A stretch of 45,157 bases of DNA from Bacteriovorax sp. (GCA_030654205.1 JAURXW010000297.1:1-45157); one strand, 5' to 3'; counted from the stretch's first letter, positions 19,029-29,390 are shown. Translations and numbers: made by a program. Notes: generated from the letters alone by a model not told the origin.

Positions 19029-20228
19029 ATGAATCTAAAGCAGAATGGTGCTCTTTTAACTGTATTACTAATTGTTTTTGTAGATATTTTGGGATTTACC
19101 ATAATGATTCCACTGCTGCCTTTTTACGCCGAAAGTTTGGGAGCATCACCTTTCACAGTTGGAATGTTATCCTCAATTTATGGCCTTTGTTCACTTATTT
19201 CTGGACCAATTTTGGGCGATCTATCAGATCGATATGGCCGCAGAGTTGTTTTATTAATTAGTCAAACAGGTACCTTCATTGGATTTGTAATTCTCGCACT
19301 TTCAAATATTCTCTGGGTAGTTTTTCTCTCAAGAATTATCGATGGAATCACTGCTGGCAATATGACTGTGGCACAAGCTTATATATCCGACGTGACTGAG
19401 CCTCAAAACCGAACGCGTGCCATGGGAATGATCGGTGCTTCTTTTGGACTAGGCTTTATATTAGGCCCGGCCATCTCAGGAATTTTAGTTCATTTTGGAC
19501 ATGCTGCCCCTATTTGGGCCTCCGCTGCACTTTCTTTTCTAAGCATAATTGGCACAACTCTTTTTTTAAAAGAAGTAAAAAAATCTCATGAAATGAAAAC
19601 TAAAAATGGAGTTATTGAGCAATTAAAAAGTTATCTACATTTGCTTAATACTCCCGTACTTAGAGAATGTTTTGCTGTCTTTTTTATTTTTTCAATAAGT
19701 TTTTCCTTATACATGTCAGGTTTAGCCTTATTTTGTGAAAGAGAATTAACATGGCAAGGCCATCCTTTTACAACCAAAGAAGTTGGGCTTTTACTTTCAT
19801 ATGTGGGTGTCATTGCATTATTTATTCAATTATTCTTAATGGGCCATCTCGTAAGAAAAATTGGTGAAATAAATATTATGTTAGTGGGTTTTGCATCCAC
19901 TGCTCTCGCTTTACTTGTTATGGGATTTTCTCCAATCTTATCCATTTTTTTAGTAGGAATATCTATTAATACATTTGGAAATGCTATTGTTCGTCCTGCT
20001 ATAACTGGCCTACTTTCACAAAATGCAAGTCCAAAACATCAAGGTTTAGTCTTTGGACTGAGTCAAACCCTAATGTCTATCGCTCAAATAATATGTCCGC
20101 TCGTAAGTGGTATTCTTATTGAAAAGCATTGGACTCTGGCATGGTGTCTGGGAATCTCTGGTGTCTCTTTATTAGGTCTTTTCATTGGTAAATTAAGCTC
20201 AGCTAAAATAAATATTCAACGCATTTAA
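19029..20228 (+). CDS. MFS drug/metabolite:H+ antiporter (TetA/DHA1-like)
   Basis: GDLSDRYGRR motif A, SRIIDGITAG, AYISDVT and GLGFILGPAISG motif C. Confidence 0.9.
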   Translation: MNLKQNGALLTVLLIVFVDILGFTIMIPLLPFYAESLGASPFTVGMLSSIYGLCSLISGPILGDLSDRYGRRVVLLISQTGTFIGFVILALSNILWVVFLSRIIDGITAGNMTVAQAYISDVTEPQNRTRAMGMIGASFGLGFILGPAISGILVHFGHAAPIWASAALSFLSIIGTTLFLKEVKKSHEMKTKNGVIEQLKSYLHLLNTPVLRECFAVFFIFSISFSLYMSGLALFCERELTWQGHPFTTKEVGLLLSYVGVIALFIQLFLMGHLVRKIGEINIMLVGFASTALALLVMGFSPILSIFLVGISINTFGNAIVRPAITGLLSQNASPKHQGLVFGLSQTLMSIAQIICPLVSGILIEKHWTLAWCLGISGVSLLGLFIGKLSSAKINIQRI

Positions 20229-20295
20229 ATTTTGTATTTTTAATCATTATAAACTTAATAGAACATGGCTTGAGAACTAGTCGTAAGGAGTTTTT

Positions 20296-20637
20296 ATGAT
20301 TGAAAATAATGATCGAAAAAGTATTGCTAAATCAAAACTACATACTGCTATTGAAAACTTTAAACAAGCCGAACTTGAAGGTGCTCAAGAACTGGCCCCT
20401 GTTACCTACAGATGGGCCAAGGTGAAAATTTATAATGATAAAAAAATAATACTTAATCCTCGCTCGCATTCTAATACGCTTGAAGATGCCGCAGACGATG
20501 CCAGCGCAGCAGCTGCTCAACTCCTTAGCATTGTTCGAAAAAAAGAAACTAATGAAAATACTCCCGTGATTGAAGTAGAATTAACGGAGACTGGCCCTAT
20601 TGAAAATTTAATGAACGAAGGTGGCCTGCCTATTTAA
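20296..20637 (+). CDS. Hypothetical helical protein resembling a DUF4398-like repeat
   Basis: AAGGAG RBS. QAELEGAQELAP..Y..A resembles the repeats in the OmpA protein at 37919. Confidence 0.6.
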   Translation: MIENNDRKSIAKSKLHTAIENFKQAELEGAQELAPVTYRWAKVKIYNDKKIILNPRSHSNTLEDAADDASAAAAQLLSIVRKKETNENTPVIEVELTETGPIENLMNEGGLPI

Positions 20638-20659
20638 TTATCTGCTATACTTCATTTAA

Positions 20660-21547
20660 ATGAAAATTACTGTTCGCCAAATTGGATTTATTCAAATAAT
20701 TTTTTCTGGGGTATGCTTTGCTTTTCTGGGTTTCTTTGGAAAGATGGCCTATGCTCAGCAAATTACTCCTGGCGAGTTATTGAGTTTAAGATATTTTATC
20801 TCCGCTGTTTTAACTGGCCTCTTGATTGTATTCACCAAACCTAAATTATTTTTCATGCTCAATCGTTTTGAAATCATATCCTCACTTTTGCTTGGAATTT
20901 TTGGATATGCATTATTTTCTAGTTTTTACTTTATGGCCTTGACTGGACTGTCTGCTTCGTTAACAGTACTTTTGCTTTATACTTATCCAGTTTTAGTAAC
21001 TATTTTTTCTCGAATTTTTTTAAAAGAAAAAATGGGAAGGAAAGGAATCTTGGCCTTAATTTTAGTTTCAATTGGATTAATGGGTTTAGTTTGGGGAGAA
21101 TGGAGTATAAGTAGACCCGTTTTTTTAGTTTATGGTTTTTCCTCTGCTTTATTTTATTCATTATATATTATTTTTTCACGCAAATATCTCAGTAAAATTC
21201 CGGCACTTCCCTCTTCCTTTTTTGTGCAATTAGGTGCAGGAATTATTTTATCTATTATCCACTTCTCACATAATATTCATCGACCTATGGAAATTTTGAT
21301 AAAAAATTATCCACTTATTATCAGTATGTCAGTTATCTGTTCATTAATGGCAATGACTTTATTTTTAGCAGGACTTCAAAAAATTACTTCAACCGAAGCT
21401 TCAATTCTTAGTACAACTGAGCCTATTTTTGGTGTCATAATTGCCACCACATTGCTAGGGGAAAGCATTAAGGGTGTTCAACTTCTTGGAGGTTTTTTAA
21501 TTTTAATAGCAATGCTCTTAATTGCGACTAAAAAATCTTTCGAATAA
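20660..21547 (+). CDS. DMT/EamA family transporter
   Basis: About 10 TMs, with LLLYTYPVLV...IFLKEK and ASILSTTEPIFG...LLGE motifs. Confidence 0.9.
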   Translation: MKITVRQIGFIQIIFSGVCFAFLGFFGKMAYAQQITPGELLSLRYFISAVLTGLLIVFTKPKLFFMLNRFEIISSLLLGIFGYALFSSFYFMALTGLSASLTVLLLYTYPVLVTIFSRIFLKEKMGRKGILALILVSIGLMGLVWGEWSISRPVFLVYGFSSALFYSLYIIFSRKYLSKIPALPSSFFVQLGAGIILSIIHFSHNIHRPMEILIKNYPLIISMSVICSLMAMTLFLAGLQKITSTEASILSTTEPIFGVIIATTLLGESIKGVQLLGGFLILIAMLLIATKKSFE

Positions 21548-21551
21548 AATT

Positions 21552-21935
21552 ATGAAAAAAAATATACAAGAAAAATTAAACGATCTGCAAGGATGGACCA
21601 AATACAAAAAAGGACTGTGTGATTCTTGTATGGGACTTTGCTGTTATATGCCGGTTGAAGTCAGAGTAAGTGACCTAATACGCTTAAATATTCTAGATGA
21701 ATTTCATCTTCAATTAAATGAACGGGAGCAAATAAAAGACGCCCTCAAACACCCGGCCATTTTAAGATATACCCCAAGTTCTAAAATGTTCACACTCAAA
21801 CAAAAACCCGATGGCTCTTGTTATTTTTTAGATTTAAATAAAAAATGTACTCAATATGAAACACGCCCGGATACGTGCCGGAATCATCCCCAGATTGGAC
21901 CTCGCCCGGGTTATTGCGCCTATACTAAAAAATAA
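21552..21935 (+). CDS. YkgJ family Cys-cluster protein
   Basis: WTKYKKGLCDSCMGLCCYMPVEV...CYFLD...CTQYETRPDTCR...GPRPGYCAY. ATG at 21552. Confidence 0.85.
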   Translation: MKKNIQEKLNDLQGWTKYKKGLCDSCMGLCCYMPVEVRVSDLIRLNILDEFHLQLNEREQIKDALKHPAILRYTPSSKMFTLKQKPDGSCYFLDLNKKCTQYETRPDTCRNHPQIGPRPGYCAYTKK

Positions 21936-21941
21936 TTAAAT

Positions 21942-22751
21942 TTAAGTTACCCAAACTTCTTTATTGAATTTGCACAAACCAATTTGGATTTCTCTAGTCG
22001 AAAAACCAATCGATTGATAAATATTAGCAGCATGATAATCAGGATCGGCCACAATAATGAATTTTGAAATATTAAAATATTTTTGACCATAAAGGCATGA
22101 CTTATAAAGTAAGGTTGAGCATACCCCCATACGTCTAAAATCTGGATGAGTACCAACCACTTGAAATCTACCCACGCCATTTTCATAAAATAAACCTAAA
22201 TCACCAACGAGCTTATCGTCAAGAAAAGCTCCCATCCATACACCACAAGTGCTGTTAACCATCGAGCGATAGTCGGCAATTCGTTTAGATGAAAATTTGC
22301 GGTATGAATATTTATTAAAATGTGGGGCCCGGCACGCTACGTGATTGTCGATTACTTGATTCCAATCTTGCTCACTTTCTATAACCCGAATATTGAACTT
22401 TTCATTAATCTTTGCTGGCCGATAAATATCGTCGGCCATCATAACTAAAGATTTTTCGAGGTTGAATCCATTTTCAACAAAATGAATGGCGCTGCCTTCT
22501 TCACCATCGAGGGCATCCCAAGCAAAGGTCATATGCTGAACATCCATATCTTGAAATTCTTTCTTGAAAAGATCTGTCCAATTATTCAGTGCAAGCTGAT
22601 CAGGTGGATCTTTAAAATATAGCAGATTTCCCCAAAAAAAAGTGGGATTTCTAGGATTTTTTACAACTAAAAAATTATCGTATTCTAGAACAATTCCAGT
22701 GAAGCGATGAAAATATAAATCCGTCTGAAAGGCCAGAGAGTTGATTTCCAT
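21942..22751 (-). CDS. GNAT family N-acetyltransferase
   Basis: VGTHPDFRRMGVC acetyl-CoA motif, IYQSIGF and N-terminal NPTFFWGN. Confidence 0.85.
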   Translation of the reverse strand: MEINSLAFQTDLYFHRFTGIVLEYDNFLVVKNPRNPTFFWGNLLYFKDPPDQLALNNWTDLFKKEFQDMDVQHMTFAWDALDGEEGSAIHFVENGFNLEKSLVMMADDIYRPAKINEKFNIRVIESEQDWNQVIDNHVACRAPHFNKYSYRKFSSKRIADYRSMVNSTCGVWMGAFLDDKLVGDLGLFYENGVGRFQVVGTHPDFRRMGVCSTLLYKSCLYGQKYFNISKFIIVADPDYHAANIYQSIGFSTREIQIGLCKFNKEVWVT

Positions 22752-22809
22752 AAAAACTCCATACTAGAATTTTATTATATATCAACTTTCAATGCAATAA
22801 CGAAGTTAA

Positions 22810-22929
22810 TCAGGCAGTTGGTCGAATAGGAGATGTTGGTTCGGCCGGTTCGATGGGAACAACTTCTGGTTTTGTGGGTGGATCTTGTAATGGTTTTTTT
22901 TTATTAAGTTCATCATTTTCATCACTCAC
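22810..22929 (-). CDS. Small Pro-rich protein, 39 aa (not in ORF track)
   Basis: AGGAG RBS 7 nt before GTG. Hand translation: MSDENDELNKKKPLQDPPTKPEVVPIEPAEPTSPIRPTA*. Confidence 0.55.
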   Translation of the reverse strand: MSDENDELNKKKPLQDPPTKPEVVPIEPAEPTSPIRPTA

Positions 22930-23007
22930 AAATCACTCCTATCTAACTAAGATTTAAACTTCAAAATTGAGTATGATCTGAAAGTACCTATAAAATAAAT
23001 AGATAAT

Positions 23008-23691
23008 TTAAATATGTGAGATTGGATCATTTAATGATTGGTGACAAAACTTTAGTTGTTCCAAGTGATCCTTAAACCAGTTGGTTAAAATTCTGCGGCC
23101 ACGATGATCGTTTTGACGTAGTGGTCCCCATTGGAACATATATTTACCAAACAGATGACCTTCTAGATCAGCTCTTAGAAACTTATCGCTTGATATAGGC
23201 GCTCCGTGAAGCTGCCATGACATTAACTTAATTCCACAAATTAAATTATCCTGAGCATCGAGAACACTTGAATCAGGTGGATAAATTCCACAACGAGTTT
23301 TGGCAGTAGCACTTGCAAGCTGAAGAAGTCCTAAACTTCTGTGACCTCTACTCATGGGAGATCTGGCTTTTTCATTAAAGCCACTTTCAGATCTGGCCAA
23401 GCCAGAAAAAAAGACAACCCAAAAATCACTTTTTTCATCATGCGTGGCCTTGTTATAACCACTACACTCTAACACTTCTAAGTCATTCTCATTAATTTCT
23501 AAATTTAGCATCGCTAATTCGCCAATTCTGTATTCGTCTTTTTTTAATTCATCTATTATTACTGAAGTCCAATTAGCTTTCCACGAATAATTTTTTTTAT
23601 AAGATTGAATTTGAATTTCAGCATTGCAATTTTGCCAAATAAAAAGTGCTCCCAGGATTGAGCATAAGAATAAATTTTTGAATTTTATCAT
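23008..23691 (-). CDS. Exported lytic transglycosylase (SLT-domain) protein
   Basis: Signal peptide, LARSESGFN (catalytic Glu), SLGLLQL and NLICGIKLM. Confidence 0.8.
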   Translation of the reverse strand: MIKFKNLFLCSILGALFIWQNCNAEIQIQSYKKNYSWKANWTSVIIDELKKDEYRIGELAMLNLEINENDLEVLECSGYNKATHDEKSDFWVVFFSGLARSESGFNEKARSPMSRGHRSLGLLQLASATAKTRCGIYPPDSSVLDAQDNLICGIKLMSWQLHGAPISSDKFLRADLEGHLFGKYMFQWGPLRQNDHRGRRILTNWFKDHLEQLKFCHQSLNDPISHI

Positions 23692-23743
23692 TAAAAAAGT
23701 ATAGAACTAAAGCTATCTATTCATCAAGAATAAAAAAGACAAC

Positions 23744-24502
23744 TTAATTGGCCGTGTGAAGTTCAAGCAAATCTGAAATTATTTTTTTATCGGAAATAAC
23801 AAAAGCTTCAAAAGTTTTAGTTTGGTTGCTCTTAATCCATGGGAAAAATGGAGCATTTGTATGAATGCCTATAAAAACATCAATATGATTTTCTTTAATA
23901 GCTCCCCCTGTATCACCCGCAAAAAAATAACCATCATGAATAATTTCTCTTCCATTTTTCAATACTATTTTTGCCCCTCGAGCCTGGGGAATGTAAATGA
24001 CAGTTCCTGGTGCAATATTTTTTCCATCAGTGGCCAGGGTTCGATAAGGAGCCAAAATATAATCGTCAAGCCCGTCACCGTATGGTCCCTTTGCTTCTCT
24101 AAACTTAGTTCGGCTTACATCAATTTTAAATATTTTTTTGCAGTCAACTGAATTGCTATTTGTGATTCCAGCATAATTATAAGTTTTAGCAATTCCTTTA
24201 CTATCGAGGATTCTAACAGATCCTTCCATAGCTGAATTGCACCAGTCTAACAATCCAAGACGTGGGCCCAACTCCATACTATTCATATCTCTTAGTGCAA
24301 ACTCTCCAGTTGAATCTGATAATTGTGGAAGATAATAATATGTCCCCCAAAGAGTTATTTTCGAAGAAATATCGTTGGAAGTTGGCTCTCTAAAAGAAAA
24401 TGTATCTTTATTTAATGGATCAGAAAAATCAGGTAAATGCTTGGCCGAAGCACAAGAAATTAATAAAAATAAAGAAAATATTGCAAACAATGATTTAGGC
24501 AT
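23744..24502 (-). CDS. 3D-domain (MltA-like) lipoprotein
   Basis: Lipobox LISC, TLATDGKNIAPGT and AGDTGGAIKENHIDVFIG. Confidence 0.85.
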   Translation of the reverse strand: MPKSLFAIFSLFLLISCASAKHLPDFSDPLNKDTFSFREPTSNDISSKITLWGTYYYLPQLSDSTGEFALRDMNSMELGPRLGLLDWCNSAMEGSVRILDSKGIAKTYNYAGITNSNSVDCKKIFKIDVSRTKFREAKGPYGDGLDDYILAPYRTLATDGKNIAPGTVIYIPQARGAKIVLKNGREIIHDGYFFAGDTGGAIKENHIDVFIGIHTNAPFFPWIKSNQTKTFEAFVISDKKIISDLLELHTAN

Positions 24503-24711
24503 TTAAAAATCTCCATACTCTGTATTTTTAAATTATAGATGAACAAACCCAAATCATTTTAGGAACATTTTCAGGGCAATTTTTACCATCGTAAAACTTA
24601 CGGATTCTCCAATAAAACATATTTATCAGGTAAGGAAATAGCTAAGGAATTTAATAATGAATTTGATACAAGACTTTGGATAAAATCCCAAGAAGAGAAA
24701 GCACGTCAAAT

Positions 24712-24948
24712 TTAAGTATTCGGTTCTACTCTTTTTCCGCGTTTTTTAATGATCAGGCCATTTAAGAAATTTCTTAAAACCTGATCACCACATTCTTGAT
24801 AATTAGGATGATCAATATTACGAAAGAGCGCAGACAACTCAGTCTTCGTCATTTTAAATTCTGCAAGTTCTAAACATTCTAGAATATCAGTATCTTTAAA
24901 AGATAAGGCTACTCGCAGTTTTTTTAAAATATCATTATTACTTAACAT
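24712..24948 (-). CDS. DUF1456 (YehS-like) protein
   Basis: [12 protein letters not shown]...[22 protein letters not shown]. Confidence 0.85.
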   Translation of the reverse strand: MLSNNDILKKLRVALSFKDTDILECLELAEFKMTKTELSALFRNIDHPNYQECGDQVLRNFLNGLIIKKRGKRVEPNT

Positions 24949-25171
24949 TTAATTCTCGCTTGTATGAAACATATAAATTTTCTACCTTGGTTCTTGCCCA
25001 AGGTGTTCTTCTTAAAAAAGTTAAGCTAGATTTTATACTAGGGTCTATTTTAAAACAATTAATATCAATTAAATTTGCCAATTCTGGAAAACCATAAAAC
25101 GCCACTAACTCTTTGAGAATCATTTCTAAAGTTACGCCATGAAGTGGATTATTGTTGGGAGTGTTATTCAT
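24938..25171 (-). CDS. VF530/DUF2132 family DNA-binding protein
   Basis: [10 protein letters not shown]...[26 protein letters not shown]. Confidence 0.88.
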   Translation of the reverse strand: MNNTPNNNPLHGVTLEMILKELVAFYGFPELANLIDINCFKIDPSIKSSLTFLRRTPWARTKVENLYVSYKRELNVK

Positions 25172-25306
25172 AGTATTTTTTATATCAAATTTAGAATAAA
25201 TAGTATGCTCTTTTTTATTCTTTAATTTTTATTAGGCACAAAAAGATAAATAAATGTTAATCTCTTAAGAATTGATTCATTAAAAAATAAGTACAAGGAA
25301 ATAAAT

Positions 25307-26593
25307 ATGACTGAACCAAGATTTTTAAGACCAGTGGCCATTATTGCAGGAAGTAGAACTGCATTCACTAGGTCATTTACTCACTACGCTAAAACCTCAA
25401 ACAAAGAATTAATGACCGCGACTCTAAAAGATCTAGTTGCAAAAACAAAATTATCAGGTGTTCAATTGGGCGACGTCGCTCTCGGTGCTGTCATGAAAAA
25501 TGCCGAAGACTGGAACATGACAAGAGAGTGCGTATTAAAATCGGGTCTCCATCCTCATACTCCTGGTTACGATGTACAAAGAGCATGTGGAACAGGATTG
25601 GAAACTGCTGCTCAAATCGCTCTAAAAATTGCAAGCTTTCAAATTGAAAGTGGAATGGCCGGTGGAACAGATACAAATAGTGATATCGCTGGGGTTCTTC
25701 CTCATGAATTTTCCTGGGTGATGATGGATGCTCAAAAAGCTCCAACACTTATTGGAAAATTAAAAAAATTCGCTGAATTAAAACCACAATACTTCAAACC
25801 AAAATTTCCAATTGTTCAAGAACCACAAACTGGTCTTTCGATGGGACAACATTGTGAATTAATGGTCCAAGAATGGGGCATCACTCAAGCCGAGCAAGAT
25901 CAATTAGCTTTTGAAAGTCATCAAAAAGCTGCCAAGGCTTATGAGAGAGATTTTTTTAAAGACTTGATGTTTGAATTTAAAGGACTAAAAAAAGATTCTA
26001 TTTTACGACCGGAAACAACTATAGAAAAACTCGCAAAATTAAAACCTGCTTTTGATTTTTCTGGCAAAGGAACTTTGACTGCTGGCAATAGCACAGCACT
26101 CACCGATGGTGCATCGGCCGTTCTTTTGGCCAGTGAAGATTTTGCTGATGCTCACCAACTTCCGATCCTCGCCTATTTTGTCGATGCCCAGTATTCTGCC
26201 GTTGACTTTGTTAAAGGTGAAGGACTGTTGATGGCCCCAACAGAAGCAGTATCTGTACTTTTAAAAAGGAATAATTTAACTTTGCAAGATTTTGATTTTT
26301 ACGAAATTCATGAAGCTTTTGCCGGCCAAGTACTCTGCACACTTAAAGCTTGGGAGTCTGAAGCTTACTGCAAAACTAATTTAAAACGTGATTCAGCAAT
26401 GGGATCAATAGACCGAAACAAACTTAATGTGAACGGAAGCAGCTTAGCACTGGGGCATCCTTTTGCAGCAACAGGTGCTCGAATAATTGCGACTCTTGCC
26501 AAGCTTCTTTCTGAAAAAGGAAGTGGCCGCGGATTAATTTCAATTTGTACTGCTGGTGGAATGGGTGTGGCCGCGATTATCGAGCGTCCATAA
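25307..26593 (+). CDS. Acetyl-CoA C-acyltransferase (thiolase)
   Basis: QRACGTGL, YEIHEAFA, GHPFAATG and ICTAGGMG motifs. Confidence 0.93.
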   Translation: MTEPRFLRPVAIIAGSRTAFTRSFTHYAKTSNKELMTATLKDLVAKTKLSGVQLGDVALGAVMKNAEDWNMTRECVLKSGLHPHTPGYDVQRACGTGLETAAQIALKIASFQIESGMAGGTDTNSDIAGVLPHEFSWVMMDAQKAPTLIGKLKKFAELKPQYFKPKFPIVQEPQTGLSMGQHCELMVQEWGITQAEQDQLAFESHQKAAKAYERDFFKDLMFEFKGLKKDSILRPETTIEKLAKLKPAFDFSGKGTLTAGNSTALTDGASAVLLASEDFADAHQLPILAYFVDAQYSAVDFVKGEGLLMAPTEAVSVLLKRNNLTLQDFDFYEIHEAFAGQVLCTLKAWESEAYCKTNLKRDSAMGSIDRNKLNVNGSSLALGHPFAATGARIIATLAKLLSEKGSGRGLISICTAGGMGVAAIIERP

Positions 26594-26601
26594 CAGATAA
26601 A

Positions 26602-27450
26602 ATGAAAAAAAAATTACCTTTTTTATTAGAAAAAATTTCGCGCTATTTTCCAAATATTGCGGCAAATATTGCGCTTCATTTTTTTGCGACACCTATAAGA
26701 ACACCAAGACCCGAGTCAGAAAAACTTTGGCATGAAAATTCCAAAAAATATTTTTTAAAAAATGGAATTGCTGCTTTTGAATGGGGAAATCCTAAAGGTG
26801 AATTGATCCTATTGATTCATGGATGGAATGGACGTGGAACACAACTGGCTTCATTTGCTCAGTCCTTAGTAGAAAATAATTTTAGAGTCGTGGCCCTTGA
26901 TGGCCCAGGACATGGAATTTCTCCTGGAAATAAAACCAACCCAAGTCATTACGCTCAGTTTATTATTGATGCTCAATTGGAATTAAGTCCAAAAAATAAA
27001 TCCCAGGCCATTATTGCTCATTCTTTTGGCGGTGGGTGTGCGGTACTAGCGGCCAGCAGAGGCTTGCAAACAAAAGGTTTGATACTTATAGCAAGCCCGG
27101 CTTTTTATGATCGCGTAGTGAGTTTTTTTATCGCTTCGATGAAATTGAGCAAAAAATCACAAAGTATTTTTTTTGAAAAAGTTACGCAGCTTGCTGGTAT
27201 TTCTCCGATAGAATTAAATATTGGTGTTATTGGTTCAAAACTAAATCTTCCTGCGTTAATTGTGCATGATCAAAATGACAACGCAGTCGATTATCTTTCA
27301 GCAATATCAATTCATAAAACATGGTCTCAAACAAAATTATTAACAACCCAGGGGCTTGGACATCGTCGAATCTTAAAAGATAAAGTTGTCATTGAGGAAG
27401 TAACAAAATTTATTGTTGCGCTAGACGAATCTTCTTCTGAAGAAACATGA
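26602..27450 (+). CDS. Alpha/beta hydrolase
   Basis: LIHGWNG, AHSFGG nucleophile elbow, HDQND and GLGHRRIL. ATG at 26602. Confidence 0.88.
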   Translation: MKKKLPFLLEKISRYFPNIAANIALHFFATPIRTPRPESEKLWHENSKKYFLKNGIAAFEWGNPKGELILLIHGWNGRGTQLASFAQSLVENNFRVVALDGPGHGISPGNKTNPSHYAQFIIDAQLELSPKNKSQAIIAHSFGGGCAVLAASRGLQTKGLILIASPAFYDRVVSFFIASMKLSKKSQSIFFEKVTQLAGISPIELNIGVIGSKLNLPALIVHDQNDNAVDYLSAISIHKTWSQTKLLTTQGLGHRRILKDKVVIEEVTKFIVALDESSSEET

Positions 27451-27509
27451 GTTGACCTTTTAAGCGAAGCTCACTAGAAACAGCTATCATTATTTCTCTG
27501 GAGTTATTC

Positions 27510-28769
27510 ATGCGTTTTATTGTGATGCTATCGTTTTTTATTTTTTTTATTTCAATATCAAATTTAAATGCTGCTGTTTGGACTGATAATCAAGTTTGGA
27601 GTCTTCAATATGAAGAAGATTTTAGTAATTGGATGCAATCAAATGCGGTTAATGAAAATATTTTTACAGATCCAAAATCGCCTTACTATGGTGTGAGTAC
27701 TGATTGTGCTGATACGTCCTACGCTTTTAGAGCTATCTTTGCTTTTGAACACAATCTTCCTTTTGCAATCTACAATCCTTCTGGATCTAGAGGGACCAAT
27801 AAAACAATAAACAATCGTCTAAATTCTTGGGATAAAAATCCCACAAACGCTCAGCGATTAGTTGCAATGATTAACGAGATCGGTGACAGCGTTGGAACTG
27901 AAAATCTTGCTTACTTTGATACTTTTCCAATAGCGATTAAAAGCATCACTCCCGGAAGTGTGTTTATGTATAAAATCAAAGCTCGCTTTGGAAATTTTAT
28001 TCGTCACACTTACAATATAAAAGGAATTAATCCTGTTGGAACTTTTGACGTTATTTATTCCACTCAGGCCAACAAGGCCCATGGCCTTCCGCTCATAAGA
28101 AGAAAAGACAAAGAAATGGATAATATGCCAAATAGCCCATTTGGATTTAAAAAATTTAGATGGCCTGAACATTTAGGTGTTGAACTTTCACAAATCCCAA
28201 AAGAATTAGGTCCTTCAGATGAACAGTTTAGTCTTGCCCAGACATTGGGTGAAGTTGAATTCTTTAAATTTGTAACGAAGACCCTTGCCAATACCAGTGA
28301 ATCAAAAGGTCAACGCATGACAAGACTTTTTAAGTCTGTTTGCTCTGAGGCCCAGGCACGCATAGATTACGTAAATCAGGGATTAAATCACTTAAAAGAA
28401 ATAAATAATAAGTGCATGAACTATGAAGAGTTTGATGCCTATTCAACTCCGGCAAGAGATCAAACTCTAAAAGAATTGTTCGAAAAATATCAACAGGCCT
28501 ACACTGAAGTAGTTGATGCTCATGAAATAAATACAGTCTCTGCAAATCTAGTAGAATTTTCTGAAATAATATTTGGAATTAAAAATGCCGATAACCTAGA
28601 CTTGCTGCATGCCTGTCCAATTCAATATAGAGCGACGATGAGAATTGATTTGAAAGTACTTTGGAAAAGAATCTTAAAAGGTTCTTTGTCTAGTCATCCT
28701 AATGATTCTGTTGAAGCACGCTGGGGAGAAAGTAGCAGCAATACAACTAAATGTAAGCGCTGGTACTAA
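27510..28769 (+). CDS. Secreted hypothetical protein, possible Cys-His catalytic (papain/NlpC-like) fold
   Basis: GGAG RBS, signal peptide, TDCAD and downstream PGSV...RHTY motifs. The fold assignment is inference. Confidence 0.6.
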   Translation: MRFIVMLSFFIFFISISNLNAAVWTDNQVWSLQYEEDFSNWMQSNAVNENIFTDPKSPYYGVSTDCADTSYAFRAIFAFEHNLPFAIYNPSGSRGTNKTINNRLNSWDKNPTNAQRLVAMINEIGDSVGTENLAYFDTFPIAIKSITPGSVFMYKIKARFGNFIRHTYNIKGINPVGTFDVIYSTQANKAHGLPLIRRKDKEMDNMPNSPFGFKKFRWPEHLGVELSQIPKELGPSDEQFSLAQTLGEVEFFKFVTKTLANTSESKGQRMTRLFKSVCSEAQARIDYVNQGLNHLKEINNKCMNYEEFDAYSTPARDQTLKELFEKYQQAYTEVVDAHEINTVSANLVEFSEIIFGIKNADNLDLLHACPIQYRATMRIDLKVLWKRILKGSLSSHPNDSVEARWGESSSNTTKCKRWY

Positions 28770-28775
28770 TCGCTT

Positions 28776-29390
28776 TTGAAAAAACAAAACAAATTTTTTA
28801 TATCTTTGCTGGTGATAATTATTATCAACATCTTTTTTTACTGGCTTCAAAACTTTGGCCATAAAAGACTCAATGCCTCACGAAATACCAATCCTATCAT
28901 TACTCAAGACACAGAAGATTTGGCCTTAACAAAAAACTTGGCACGTGAATTAATTCTAATTAATCAAAAAACTGACTGTGAAAAATTAAAAAAAGACTAT
29001 GCCCATCTTGATGAACTCAAAAAAAATGAAAAGCTCGATCTACGTTTTGAAAATATACATAAAAAAATTGATTCAAAAATTTATCGTCTTAGACATTTTT
29101 TTAAAGATGGTGATGAAGGTGAAATTGAAACTTTTCTAGTTTATCTAGAAGACAAATCTGAAATGGCAAAAATAATTGAAAAAAGTACATTCACCAAAGG
29201 TGTCCTCTATAAAAAAATAGAAGAAGCTAAGGGGCATGTTTTATATCGCGAAGAAGGAGTTAATCTTTCAGAAAATGTTTCAGGTACTTTGTTTTTGCAT
29301 TTTATAAATAACCAATTGATGGGCATGCAAGGAGTGCTTCAAACTCAAGAAGATCATCAAAATATTGACTGTAGATTTCAGCAAGAATGA
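28776..29390 (+). CDS. Membrane-anchored hypothetical protein
   Basis: TTG start 6 nt after the upstream stop; single N-terminal TM. Confidence 0.6.
   Translation: MKKQNKFFISLLVIIIINIFFYWLQNFGHKRLNASRNTNPIITQDTEDLALTKNLARELILINQKTDCEKLKKDYAHLDELKKNEKLDLRFENIHKKIDSKIYRLRHFFKDGDEGEIETFLVYLEDKSEMAKIIEKSTFTKGVLYKKIEEAKGHVLYREEGVNLSENVSGTLFLHFINNQLMGMQGVLQTQEDHQNIDCRFQQE

Noticed and set aside
21942-22751. GNAT as a tailoring enzyme of the thio-imidazole pathway
   Set aside because: It is 6 kb away and separated by unrelated genes on both strands, with no evidence of linkage.
24503-24711. Longer intergenic region with a ~30-codon minus-strand ORF or possible ncRNA
   Set aside because: No RBS, no convincing structure, and AT-rich promoter-like composition.
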